A DNA stretch of 64,000 bases from Chrysomallon squamiferum (GCA_012295275.1 CM022676.1:9486001-9550000); one strand, 5' to 3'; shown: positions 14,401-40,036, numbered from the stretch's first letter. Numbers and translations: made by a program. The notes: generated by a model not told the origin, from the letters alone.

Positions 14401-14941
14401 TGTCATCCATCGTCGTTATCTTCCATTTGTCGTCATCAACATCGCCAACGTCATCATCTTATTGTTATTACGGACAGGTATGCTTTGTAGAATGACTGGA
14501 GGACGAGAGAGACACTAAAAATATTTTTATTTTTAGCTCCAATGACGTCTCCTGATTTATTCATTAGTTTATTTATTTATTTATTTATTTAATTCTGAGG
14601 TTGTCTAATTTAAATAATCCTATTTTCAGGATCTCCTACTGGTTCAGAAGGCGAAGGCTTGCTTAGTTTTTTGTGAAAATGAAGACGTCTGCAAGTTGAC
14701 CGTTGCTAATGTCCTTGAGAGACTTCTAACATGGCTGCCAGAGGAGGAAGTCAGGGAGGATCAGAGTGCTGCATTGTGGGATATGAGGGTCGGTATGGTT
14801 ATTGGCTTTTTTACAAATTTGGGTTTTAATAATCAAAAAAAAAAAAAAAAAAAAAATTTTTTTTTGTTTTTAAATCGTAGTGATCATAATTGTCAGAAAT
14901 GTTTTTGTTTGATTTTTAATTTTTACTTCATAATTAATTAC

Positions 14942-14974
<33 letters not shown>

Positions 14975-15718
14975 TATTACCACTATGGATAAAACAGATG
15001 TTAATTCTGAATCTTAATAAAACATTGCTTTTAATAAATTAACTATCTTTAATTGTCTGTCTGTCTATTTAAATATTTATTTATTTGTTTATTTATTTAT
15101 TTATTTATTATAAGCTTAATTTTTATTATTGGTATGGTTAGCTAACTACTGTTAATCAGTGAAATTACTGAAAATTAGTAGGTAATTAGTTAACTAATTA
15201 ATTTCTAGTCATGATCATAAATTTTAACCATTAATTTTCAGCTTGAAGCCATCACTGACGCAAATTACTGCATTGCTAGGTGGAAGCTGGTTTCAGAAAA
15301 TGTCTGCGTCATTTTGCCAATGATGTCACCAGAACAAACCAGTCTGTTGGGACTTTTTGTGTTGTCGACATTTGTTAAGCAGAAGCCACCAATGTTAGTA
15401 TTTGAAATTTTGATTATACTGTGTTAAAATGTTTATTTGTTTTTGTGCATGGTGCTGTTTGTGCTGGGTTTTTTTCAAAAACATTAACTGTAAAAGTCTG
15501 CCATTTTGTTTCAAAAGATTGATATATACTGGGTATAATTGTGTTTTATTAAATAAAATTATAGTTTGATTTTGATTTTGATTGTAGAAAATGAACTTTA
15601 CTACAGACATAGCTTTATAAATTGGTCTTACACATATTATGCATGCATGCATGCATGCAGACACACACAATATATGTATATATAACGATATATGTATGTA
15701 TGTATGTATGTATATATG

Positions 15719-15767
<49 letters not shown>

Positions 15768-18700
15768 TTTTTTTCTTTTTCACAAAGGTGTATTATATAT
15801 TCTGTTTGTGATATCTGCTGTAAACTTGTAAACAAAATGGCCATGTTGCATTGCAACCTGGGATAGCTCCTGCATATAGATGATGTTGGTGAAAACAACC
15901 AGTGTATGGCCTTGCTGTTCCTTGTTTCAGAGTCTTTACAAATCTTCTAATATATTTTTCTTAACAAACCATCAGTAATTGTCAAAACAGATTTAACAGA
16001 CCATTTCATTATCTTAGTTAAGGATTCAAGGTGTGACTAAACTTGATCACTTTTCCCAAAAAAAGTCATTTTTTTTTTTAAAACTTTTTAATTAATCAAA
16101 CAACCCAATTTACCTGATACTATATAACTACATTATAGAAATATTTTTTAAATATGCTACATCATTAATCCAGATTTAAATTTTTGGGGGTATTTTTATT
16201 TCTTGCGTATTTTCCAGTTCAGCTGATAGTCCTGTCTTGGTCAGTCTGGGTTCCGTAACAGAAGCGTTGCTCAAAGACCCCGTTGTCATGGAAACCAGAC
16301 CCCTGGTGTCATGCATCATCACCTCATTGTGGAGAGATGTGAGAAAGTCTTTGGTTTCTCTACGCAGCAGGTAGAGTTTTTTGTGCGTGACGAAGATAAT
16401 GATAATAATAATGATGATGATAATGATGATGATGATGATGATGATGATAATAATCAGTAATAAAATAGTCACAGACAAGTCACTTTTCATAGTCTGCTTT
16501 TGATAAACTGACTGTCTTCTACAGTATTATTATTGTTGTTGTTGTTATTGTTATTGTTATTGTTATTGTGTTTGTTATTATTATTATTATTATTATTATT
16601 TTTATTATTTTTATTATTGTTTTTAATATTATTATCTTTATCATCATCATCATCATCATCATCCTTATTATTAAGAAACAGCAGTTGTAATGGTGGTAGT
16701 GGTGACAGTAGTAGTACTAGTAGTAGTAGTAGTAATAATAATACTAGCAATAATAAGAAAATATAAAAATATAGACATTCACATTGTTTAGTTTATGGCC
16801 TAAATTTTAATTTTTATTTTTTATTTTTATTATAACTATTTAAATAAAATAAATGTTTACTAGCACAGGACTTAATTAAATACATCAGCATAGTGTCTTA
16901 ACTGTAAGTTGTAATAAATTTATTATGTATTTATTTACTATTATATGCTGTATATTAACATATCATATATTGTATATTGTATCTATTAACAATATTTAAT
17001 TACAAACTAATTTAACTTGTTTATTTGACAGTCCTCAAAAGAAGAGAATGCACTCAAAATCTATGTCAGCCATCTTGGATGGATTACAAAATCTGGAAAA
17101 TACTGAAATTGCTTGGCATTTACCAGTTGACAGGTTATTTTTCACTTTTCATATATATTTTAATATGAATTTGAATAATTTTGAATAAATATGTTAATTA
17201 TTTCTGTTAATTAAACTGATTATTGTTTCATTATTTTCATTAAAAAAAAAAAAAAAAAAATCACTTTTTCTTGTTTGAGTACTAAATTTTAAGTGCTTTT
17301 TTCATTTATTAATTTCATTTCTTTTTGTCTAATTATTAAAAAAAAATGTCTGCTGCTGACATGTTTTTTATTTATTTATTGTTTTGTTTATTTATTTATT
17401 TGTTTGTTTGTTTGTTTATTTGTGTATTTATTCAGTGACTTGCTTGAACACTTACAACTAACTTCATCATCAGTAAACAAAGTTTTACAGACAAAACACT
17501 GGAACAGTGTTGTTCAGAAAGTCACCAGAAGAAAAGATATCCTTCAGGTATTTCAAAAAATTTAATTTTCCTTCTTCTTATTTAATGTAAAAAACAAAAA
17601 TAAAAAATAAATAAAAAAAAAAAAATAAAAAAAACTAGTTTAATAGTCACACAGTACATTGAAAAACCTGAATATCAAGTGTATTAAAATAAAAAAAGTT
17701 TCTATCAGTCCATCATAGTACCTGATTATCATCTGCTTCTACCAAAGATTAAATATTTGCTGTTAGATGCTCATAGAGTCAAAATGACCTTAGACACAAG
17801 TCCAGTACAACAACAACAACAACAACACCTGGAAACCATCTACTTCTAGTGTAGTTAAAATATTCAGCTTGACCACCAGTCTACTATGGTGTCTAGGAAT
17901 TACCTAGTGTCTAGTTTAAAGTGATACTGCAATATCCACCTCAGTTATGAAGAGATAAAAATATTCATTCATTCATTCATATCGGTTTTTAATAAAAAAA
18001 AAAAAAAAAAAATTAATATTTTTTTTTTCTTCAAAACTTACAGATTTTACATCAACTTCCACTCTATTACCTAAGCCCTGGTAACCAGCTGCAGTGTATT
18101 TTTGGTCTTGTCTTCATGATCACATTGGATTTCAGCCAATCGGAGCCGTCTGCTGATATCAGCCAATCACAGAGCACGACACAAACGACATCGGTTGAGC
18201 TGCTTACAGTTCTGTTGGAGTCTTCCATTGGTTCCTGTCCAGTGTTCCAGCTGATGCATCCTGGGAGTTTTTTCCTCTGGTTGCAGAACTTGCTGTCTTT
18301 ATCTCATTCGGAGGTTGGTTATTTATTATCAGATCTTGAATACTAATTTCTGTTACTATTTTATAGTAAATTTTATATTATAAAGTATTTTTTATAGTTA
18401 AATAAAATGTGGATTAATTGTTTATAGAAAGTGCATGTAGTGGCTAAATGATTATAGAGCTTGGTAATGATTATTGATGAAATTCAGGATCTATACTAAT
18501 TGGTTACCTGTCTGGACCATATCCCAATCTACCTAGTGCTCTGTGAACCATCATTCTTATATATATATATATTCTGTGATATATTCTCCTCTATCTGTTG
18601 AATATGTGTATAAACATGTGTTTGCTCTCTCCAGCTCTGAAAGGTTCATGATTTACATATATGGAGTGATATAACACAAGATTAAAGCTGTATTAATTAA

Positions 18701-21700
18701 TGTGTTAATTAAAAATTTCCTTTCTATACAGTAATGAAATTCTTTTTCATTTTGTAGTCAACTGAGAATCATTATTATAATTTAATAATATTTAAATTAA
18801 AAGTGAAACTACAAAATGCATTTAATTTATTTGCTAACTCTCTCTTTTCTTTTCTTTTCTTCTATTTTTTCCTATTTTTATTTTTTTTTCAATTAAATGT
18901 ATGAAGTCATTTATCGATAAAACAAACAATTCATTTGATCCTATTTTGTAATATAATTCTCTTGCATTACAATTTGAGGTTTTAATTTTTTTCAATACTT
19001 AATTATTTTAATTTAATATTTAATTCTTTAATTTTTTTTTTTTTTATGTAATTTTCAGGAGTTAATTTTAGTGAGAAAACTAGTTGGTACAAAGATCTGT
19101 GATCAGTGAAAGTTAGAACAGTTGCCGATGTTGTTGCTACAAGAAATATATTTTTAATATTTCATGGTCTCAGTGTGTATGTTGTGCAGTGCTGTGTGTG
19201 TAATAGAACAGAAAACTATTGGAGATGTTATTGCTACAGTAAATATATTTTTAATATTTCATTGTGTGTGTGTGTGTATATGTGCATGTGTGGGTAGATG
19301 GTGTGTGTGTGTGTTGTGTGAGAGTGAGTGTGCATGCATGTGTCTGCAATAAGTGAAAACAATTGGTGATGTTGCTACAGTAAATATATTTTTAATATTT
19401 CATTGTGTGTGTGTGTGTGTTGTGTGAGTGAGTGAGTGTGCATGCATGTGTGTCTAATAAGTGAAAACAATTGGACATGTTGCTATAGTAAATATATTTT
19501 TATATTTCATTGTGTGTGTGTGTGTGTTGTGCATGTGAGTGTGTGAGTCTATGTGTTTGTGTCTGTGAGTATGTGTGTCGGTATTAAGTGAAAATAGTTG
19601 AAGATGTTATTGCTACAATAATTATATTTTGATATCGTCTTTATGTGTGTGAGATTGAGAGTGTGTGTATGTAAATGATTCTTCCCAAATGAAGAAAGAA
19701 AAATTTCACCTGACAATTTCATTGGTGGAGGTTTGATCTAATGAGTCTGATGGGAAGTAAATGAAATCTGACATTTTGTTTTTTGTGTATGTGTATTAGA
19801 TGTTGTGTTTGTGTGTGCATGCACACACACACATGCACATACATTATCTGAGTATTTTTTTTAATTACCAAAGATAATAATTGTGTTATCATTTGCTTTA
19901 AACCTTAATATTTGTATTATTTCACTAAAACAAATATTACTAACATTTTAAACACTTTTATTTATTTATTTATTTTATTCTTTTTTTTTTAACCAGTTAT
20001 GTGAAGAACTAACATTATCATCACACCATCTCGACTCCCAGCCAATCAGAGCTGCCGATTCTTCTGACAGGTCAAAGTTCACTGTTGCTGCTTACCTCCT
20101 GCAAAACATTGCTAAGGTTTGTACTTAGACCTGTTACGAAATTTTTGTAATTTCATTCTATATTTTTTTTCATTATAAATGAAAAAGATAAACATAAATG
20201 TATATATATATATATTTATTTATTTATTTTGGGCCTCTGTTATAAAGACCACCTGTACATAACAGCCTTTTCCCTTGAGTGGTTGTTATATACAAGTTCA
20301 TCTGTACTTCAGCTATTTTATGTATCATTTTTATATTTTTATTTTAATTTCTAATATTTAATTTTTTTATGCAGCAAGTTCAAAAATCAAACCAGAAAGA
20401 CAAAACGAGATTTGTTCTTGAGAAATATTTCTCCCAGTTGTCGGCAGTGTTCGTAAACGTTCTCACAAAAATGAGAGTTCACCAGGAGAAGACAACTCTA
20501 CCGACTCCTTCGTTTCCCATCATTCATGGCTTCTGCAGCGTCCTGCTGCTCAGTGCAGAAGATAAGAGAGTGGGAGAGGAGACGATGGCTGCAGCAGATT
20601 TTGTTTTACAGTTTGCAGTGGAGGAGATTGAATCATCTCAGGTGAGATTCAGCTTTTTTGATGTATTGTTTTGATGTTGATAAACTTGTGTAGGCAGAAA
20701 GGGAAGATGTACACAGAGATGTACACATACATTACAGCTTACGGGAGGGAGAGGGAGGGGGGGGAGGGAGGGGGAGGGAGAGAGAGAGAGAGAGAGAGAG
20801 AGCGAGTGTGAGTATGTGTGTGTGAGTGTGTGTGTGTGTATTTTTATCTTTGTTTTTTGTTTGTGTCAGTATGTCTAGTGTGTGTGTGTGTGTATTTTTG
20901 TCTGTGTTTTTTGTTTGTGTCAGTGTGTCTAGTTGTGTGTGTGTGTGTGTGTATTTTTATCTGTGTTTTTTGTTTGTCTAGTTGTGTGTGTGTGTGTGTT
21001 TTTTTCTTTGTGTTTTTTGTCTGTGTCTTTTGTTTGTGTCAGTGTGTCTAGTTGTGTGTGTGTGTGTATTTGTATCTTTGTGTTTTTTGTTTGTGTGGTG
21101 TGTATAGTTGTGTGTGTGTGTGTCTGTGTGTGTATTTTTGTCTTGTTTTGTTTTTTGTTTGTGTCGGTGTGTAAGTTGTGTGTGTGTGTGTGTGTGTGTG
21201 TATTTTTTATCTTTGTTTTTTTTTTGTGTCAATGTCTAGTGTGTGTGTGTGTGTGTGTATTTTTGTCTGTGTTTTTTTTTTTGTGTCAGTGTGTCTAGTT
21301 TTTGTCTGTGTTTTTTGTTGAGTGTGTGTGTGTATTTTTTTTTATCTGTGTTTTTTGTTTGTCTAGTTGTGTGTGTGTGTGTATTTGTATCTTTGTGTTT
21401 TTTGTTTGTGTCGGTGTGTATAGTTGTGTGTGTGTGTGTCTGTGTGTGTATTTTTGTCTTTGTGTTTTTTGTTTGTGTCAGTGTGTGTAGTTGTGTGTGT
21501 GTGTGTATTTAGTGGCGTGGGTTCATGGAACTCTAATACAACAACCTATATGCACTTATATTTCTATCTCAGTACACCCTTGTGTGTACAATACCTAAAT
21601 ATCTGTGCATGAGATGATAGAGGTCAATGAGCAGTCAATTTTATTTTCCATTCCACCCTTGCTCCTTGAATCTCCTACTTTATACAGTCTTTTCTGAGGG

Positions 21701-24700
21701 TGCAAAAGACTGATTACTATATTTAATATTTGGGTATTTACTTGTAGTATAACTGTCCTTTCTTTTAAATTAAGTTCTTCTTTTCTTTTTTTTTAATTTC
21801 AGTTTGACAATTATGAAATGGATTTCGTTTGCTTACAGTTTATTAGAACTGTCTGCAAATGTCGAAGTAAAATACCTGAAATTTTCAAAGAAGAAACGTT
21901 CATAAGAATTTGGTCTGCTCTCACAAAAATGTTGACTGCATTGTCAAGGAAGAGTAAACAGAAAGTGATTACATCATCAGAATGTGTTGTCTCAGAACAG
22001 CAAAACCTGTGACTTCATCAAAAGATGCAGACAACATTAAAAATGTTTCGGTTTCTGACTTGTTGAATTCTGAAAGGGAGATTACTATAAGTCATAAAGC
22101 CAAATGTGATGTGAGAGTTAAGGAACTTGATTGTGATGAAAAAGAGATTATGAAAAATGACCAGTGGAATATGAGATTAAATTTGCTGCAGAACACAATC
22201 ACCGTAGCGATGACATCATGTGACCTGAGCCAATTCAAGTCTCTTCTGACTGGGCTGGTGAATGACATGGTTGGTTTGAATATTAAAAATTTTAAATATA
22301 TAAATAAATAAAATAAATTTTAAATAAATAAAACAAAATGAAAAATATTTATCAGATAAATGTAATTATTTGGTCGAATTCGAATATATTACATTAATGT
22401 ACACTCATAAATAAAAACTGAAAATAATTTTTCTGTCTGTAATTGTGTGCAACACCATGCATGCACATGTATGTATGCTTTTGCATGAAAACAGTGTACA
22501 GACACACCCTGATAAAGACAGACAGACAGACAGATAACATACAGAAGCAAACATAGATACAGGCCCACAAACAGACACATATACAAAAAAAAAAAAAAAA
22601 AAAAAAGATCTACATTATCATATAGTGAAACCAAGCAGAACACAAGTTTCTTTTTCTCATCTGTTTTTTCAGAATCCTAGTAACATCTGGGGAAATCCTG
22701 TAACCATAGTAACAGCAGTGGACATATGGAGCAACCTGCTGTTGTCCAGTTTATCGGATGACCAAGGCAAGGAAGTTGCCAAGATCACACTGCATGTTGT
22801 AACAAACTACCAGGAGGTGTTGCAGGTGTTGCATGGAATTGATGACGAGGATGTCATACACGATGTTGCAGTTCCCATCTTGAAGTCGCAGTCACAAATG
22901 ATTAACTATGGATCGGTAAAAAAAAAAATTTATATTTTTTATTCAGGTTGTTTGTTAACAATAACAGCAGTTAAAAATAGTAGTAGTAATAATGATAGTT
23001 GTGATTACAATAATGATGGTAGATGATGATGGTGATAGTGAATGTGATAATAACAATAGTAATAATAATAATAATGACAGTGATGAAGATATTATGTTGC
23101 TGATTCTGATAACAGTAATGCTGATGATACTAGTAATAATGGTGATGATGATAACAGTAATGATGATGATATTAGGATGATGATTATAACAATGATGACG
23201 ATAATAGTAATGATGGTGATGATGATAACAGTAATGATGATGATAATAGGATAATGATGATTATAACAATGATATTGATAATGATGATGATAATAACAGT
23301 TCAGTGAACATTTTTTTCTGCATTCTTATTTTTATGAATAGAATAAAAAAAATATTATCATTTCTTTCAGTTAACTGTTATAGTTTAATTTATTGTTATA
23401 TATTTTTTTTTTACTTAAATAAAAAGATACCAACAAATAATTCTCTTGCAAAATTTGAAAAAAAGTTATTAACAAATTCAACAATATGATTTTTCCTGCC
23501 CACTCAAACAGTCTGAAAATTATTCATTTTTCCTCACATTATTACTTAAATCCACTGTAATGAAAATAAAAACTCTTCACTCTTTTATTATTTCATTCTT
23601 GCAGATACTGATGTCAAGCACTCTTGCCTTGGACTGCTTACACAGTTGTCTTCTCATGCCACTAGAGGGCGTCAGCTACTGGACATTTATCCCAGCATTC
23701 CGAGCTGTGTACAGTGTGCTCAATTCACTGATGATGAACCATAGAGAGCTCTTGCTGCAGTCGATCCCATCTTACGTGGCAGCTCTGTCTAATATCCTTT
23801 TAATGCAGCTTACATCCCAGTTCAGAGGTTTTAAGTAAATCTCTATTCGAATGTCAACGTTTTCTTCTACATATTCTGTGATTGTTTTTAGCATAAATGT
23901 TTCACATTTGAGATGGGTGTTGCTGTTTGATGTAAAATTGGGTTTTATGGTCTGGATGATTTTTCAAATTTTGATATATGGATGGTCGAAAATCTAGTTA
24001 GATATTTTTTTTATTTTTACATTTTTCTTCACCAAGATTACCAAGTTTAAATTATTTTTAACATGAATGATTTATAATTAGCTTCATTATTACTTTAAGC
24101 ATATTTTGTGTGTGTGTGTTGTGTGAAAGGGTAGATACAGACATACATTACAGCCTGCTAACTGGGTATGAGAGAGAGAGAGAGGGTGGGGGAGGTGTGA
24201 CAGGGTGAATGGGAGGGAGTGTATGAGAATGTGGATTTGTTATTTGTGTGTGAACATGGTTTGCATTTGTGTGTGTGTGTGTGTGTGTGTGTTAATATGG
24301 CTTGCTAAATAAAATTTAGTTCAGTTTTTTTAAAACCTACTTGCTCATAAAAACCAGAATGTTTAAGTTCCTTGACGCATTCTTACAGTTAATGAAAGGT
24401 TTGATTAGCTATGGCAGTCAGAGCAGACTAAAATCAGAGGTGTTGAATACAGACGATATTGTACAGTGTGCTCATCTCTTGACAAAGTAAGAACAATTCC
24501 TTCATTTATTAATTAGAGGTAATGAAAAACAACACGGATTTCTGAAGGTTATTTTAATACTTTTTTTGTATGTCGTGTTGTTGTTATTACTGCTACTGCT
24601 AAAACAACCACCACAACAAAAAACAAAACAACAAAACTTCTGAAATACTAGTTCTACATCCACTATACTACTACTACTACTGTTATTACTGCTTCTGCTT

Positions 24701-24809
24701 CTACTACTACTACTACAGCTATTACAGTTATACTGCTACTGCTATTGAAACAATAAAAACACCACTATTACTACTACTACTACATTAATAACTGCTACTA
24801 CTATTACAT

Positions 24810-24843
<34 letters not shown>

Positions 24844-25233
24844 GCTACTACTGTTTATTACTGCTACCACTATGCTATTACATTAATAACAACTACTACT
24901 GTTACTACTACTACTACTGCAACTACTGTTTCTCCTGCTGCTGTTAATTGTATTATTACTTTTATTCTTACTACTAATTCAGTTATGAATATTAATTTCT
25001 TCGTAGCTGGTTATTGTTTTAAATTACTTCTTCTTTTTACTGAAGTTTTTAAATTTTTTATTTTTTGTTTCAGATTATTTGAACTGACTACCAGCCACAG
25101 AGTGCAGTTTGGGAAAGTCTCAGTCTACATTTTGGCTGATTACGCAAATGAAGTTCAGAACACAACCCTCTTACCTGCAGTCAAGGTATAAATTAACTCT
25201 TTGTTATCTTAAGATTTGTCTCTACGTTTTGTC

Positions 25234-25282
<49 letters not shown>

Positions 25283-25962
25283 GGTGTATCTTTGTATAAA
25301 TGTACGTGTGTGTATATGCATTTGTGTATGTGATGTGTATTAAGTGTATCATTGTATAGATGTTGTATGTAAGTGCACATTTGTATGTGTGTGTGTTTAA
25401 GGTGTATCTTTGTATACATGTTGTATATAAGTGTAAGTGCACGTGTGTGTGTGAGGTGTATGTTTGTATAGATGTATATGTATATATGTATGCATGTGTA
25501 TGTGTGTTCATGTGTGCGTCTTTGTATGTATTCATTGTGTGTGTTTGTGTGTGTGGGTTTATCTGTCAGTGTCTGTGTGGTGTATGTATGGCTGTCTGTC
25601 ACACACACATGGATGTATGCATGTTGTATGATAGCTGATGGATTTGTGTCTGTCCATATTGGTAGGTGTGTGTGTGTGTTAATGTGTCTGTCCATACTGG
25701 TAGGTGTGTGTGCATGTGTCCAATGATAAAAGTTGTAGTAAATACAATAAATACAACTTCAGCGTCTTCTTAGGACGTGATTAATATTTTTTGTTGTGTT
25801 CTTCAGAGAGCTGTGTTACCAGGAATCTACTCTGTTGTTGACATCTGTGATGACCACGGCATTGCACATCTTCACACAGCACTACCTCTTGGAGTTCGTG
25901 ATGTCTTTCATATGTTGTACACCGACTACAAAAAATACTTCAAATTTTCTGGACGAATATAA
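1716..25962 (+). CDS. URB2: URB2 / Npa2-like ribosome biogenesis protein, multi-exon. Exons approx 1716-1734, 2325-2475, 3363-3483, 5243-5380, 6265-6402, 6549-6688, 7537-7660, 8595-8692, 9343-9582, 10006-10126, 10560-10720, 11059-11165, 11877-12058, 12855-13082, 14630-14788, 15242-15393, 16218-16370, 17032-17133, 17436-17547, 18044-18313, ~19059-? (uncertain), 19997-20116, 20375-20641, 21803-22269, 22673-22915, 23604-23791, 24387-24486, 25074-25185, 25807-25962
   Basis: The spliced N-terminus MASSCAGLYRRVKDNKTPIGDRMKLVRYAWSCQNVYLPNKQQVLID resembles human URB2 as I recall it ([33 protein letters not shown]). Internal YSKLHQIPK and the C-terminal Urb2-type segment (VQNTTLLPAVKRAVLPGIYSVVDIC..GVRDVFHMLYTDYKKYFKFSGRI) also fit. 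Exon phases are consistent except at ~19059 and one frameshift near 22002. Confidence 0.9.
2476..3362 (+). other. GC-AG intron (URB2 intron 2)
   Basis: Donor AG|GCGAGT gives the phase-2 join (KNR-KHFSDEDV) that exon 3 requires. The nearby GT at 2495 is phase 0 and runs into a stop. Confidence 0.75.
8241..8319 (+). ncRNA. SNORD57: Intronic box C/D snoRNA, SNORD57/U57-like, copy 1
   Basis: Terminal stem TTTTCCCA/TGGGAAAA; C box ATGAAGA at 8250; D' CTGA at 8271; guide TGATCTAATGAGT followed by D box CTGA at 8308. Confidence 0.85.
11463..11537 (+). ncRNA. SNORD57: Intronic box C/D snoRNA, SNORD57-like, copy 2
   Basis: TTCCCA..TGGGAA stem, ATGAAGA C box, CTGA D' and D boxes, identical D guide. 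Confidence 0.85.
11618..11750 (+). repeat. ~24-bp tandem repeat (AATTAGTTTGACTCAGAAGACAAG)
   Basis: About five degenerate units visible. Confidence 0.7.
12089..12412. mobile_element. Non-autonomous Tc1/mariner (pogo/Tigger-like) MITE
   Basis: Imperfect TIRs CAGGTTCGGGACCAATTATCCAG ... CCAGATAATTGGTCTGGTGCTTG, flanked by TA on both sides; no ORF. Confidence 0.6.
13583..13657 (+). ncRNA. SNORD57: Intronic box C/D snoRNA, SNORD57-like, copy 3
   Basis: Canonical C box ATGATGA at 13590, CTGA D' and D boxes, terminal stem, identical D guide. Confidence 0.87.
13760..13905 (-). repeat. Same ~24-bp repeat family in inverted orientation
   Basis: GTCTGTTGAGTCAAACTGATTCACTT-type units are the reverse complement of the 11618-11750 units. 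Confidence 0.65.
14146..14222 (+). pseudogene. Degenerate SNORD57-like snoRNA, copy 4
   Basis: C box ATGATGA, GGAGGTTTGATCTAATGAG and the terminal stem are retained, but both D' and D read ATGA instead of CTGA. It lies in the same intron as copy 3. Confidence 0.7.
19681..19757 (+). ncRNA. SNORD57: Intronic box C/D snoRNA, SNORD57-like, copy 5
   Basis: CTTCCCA/TGGGAAG stem, ATGAAGA C box, CTGA D' and D boxes, identical D guide. Confidence 0.85.
20815..21510. repeat. Compound (TG)n / TTTTTGTTTGTGTCAGTGTGTCTAG satellite
   Basis: Repeated ~50-55-bp TG-rich units. Confidence 0.8.
23792..24386 (+). other. U12-type (minor spliceosome) AT-AC intron in URB2
   Basis: 5' end ATATCCTTTT; branch site TTCCTTGAC at 24368-24376; terminal AC at 24385-24386. 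Splicing gives in-frame ...YVAALS-K-LMKGLISYGSQ. Confidence 0.88.
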
Positions 25963-26772
25963 TAGAAAATAAATTTTTTAAATAAAACATTTTGTTTGTT
26001 GTGTTTTAACTGTATTACTGTTTTCTCTGAATACATGACAGAAAATTAAATTTTTAAATAAAAGTTTTGTATGTTATATATTAATATTTTCTGTCCAAAT
26101 GTGATAGAAAATAATATTTTAAAGTAAAAAAAATTATTATATTGTTTTAAATGTATTAATATTTTCTCTGTTTGGTTTTAAAGTTCAAACTTTTGTCACT
26201 TTTGTTTTAAAAAGAAGCTTTAGTTATTTTCAGTATTTCAGTTATACAGAAATTTATGTAGACATGTATTTAAAAATACATTTTAGATGTAAAAATATTA
26301 GAAAACAAAATGTTTCATATATTCAAATTTCAGTATATTATAAAATAATAAAAATATTTTGTCATTAGCAAATCCATGTTGGTCATGAAGGGCTTAACAA
26401 CAATGCTATACCTTCAGTTACCAGGAAAAAAGTTAATTACTTGTATTATTAGAATAAATCCTGAATTATAAAGCTATTTATTCATTTATTTTTAAAACAT
26501 AACTTCAGTTTTAAATAATCTGTTAATATTTCTTAAAATTATATTTTTTATTAGTGTAAATAATTATGAACGTTCAAAACAGATTGTTACTGTAGAGCTA
26601 AGAACTACTAAATGTTTGATTTATATAAATTTGATAATTTCATACGATAAATTTAAGAAATAGTTTTCATATATTCCTGTAATATAAATGGTGCAATCTT
26701 AAAAACGTTTGTGCATTTATTCATTATTGAATTTTATATGCGAAATGGAAAAAGCAGTAAATAAATTGTATT

Positions 26773-26831
<59 letters not shown>

Positions 26832-27001
26832 AAAAAAAAACGGCGTCTAAGGACTTCGGTTACCGTATTATATTATGTCAAACAGAGTGATCTGCCTTTA
26901 ATCGTCAGATGGCAGTATAAAGCAACCACCATGGTGGCATGTAAACAATTTTGTCGCACCATTTATAACTTTCTTTAACTGAGATGTAGCTCAAAGGAAT
27001 T

Positions 27002-39786
<12,785 letters not shown>

Positions 39787-40036
39787 AAAATAATTTTAAT
39801 TCCAAACATCAGTCACGTTTCAGCGATTTCTCTTCCTAACTATCCATGAATGATATTGTTCTGGATCTTGCCAAATTTTTAGCAGTTAACATAACAAAAA
39901 TAAAAAAATAAAATTAAAAAACAATTTATATTTTGTATAATTTATTATTATTATTATTATTATAATGATTATTATTTTTATTATTATTATTATTATCATT
40001 TTATTATTATTATTATTATTATTATCATCATTATCA

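Noticed and set aside
18456-18640. TGATGA ... CTGA with AGAGCT/AGCTCT ends as another C/D or scaRNA
   Set aside because: The boxes are not positioned correctly relative to the stem, it is single-copy, and I find no recognisable guide.
19100-22012. In-frame TGA codons in URB2 as possible selenocysteine or readthrough
   Set aside because: Downstream coding continues in a different frame at 22010, so an indel explains it. The 19100 case has unresolved splicing, and I see no SECIS evidence.
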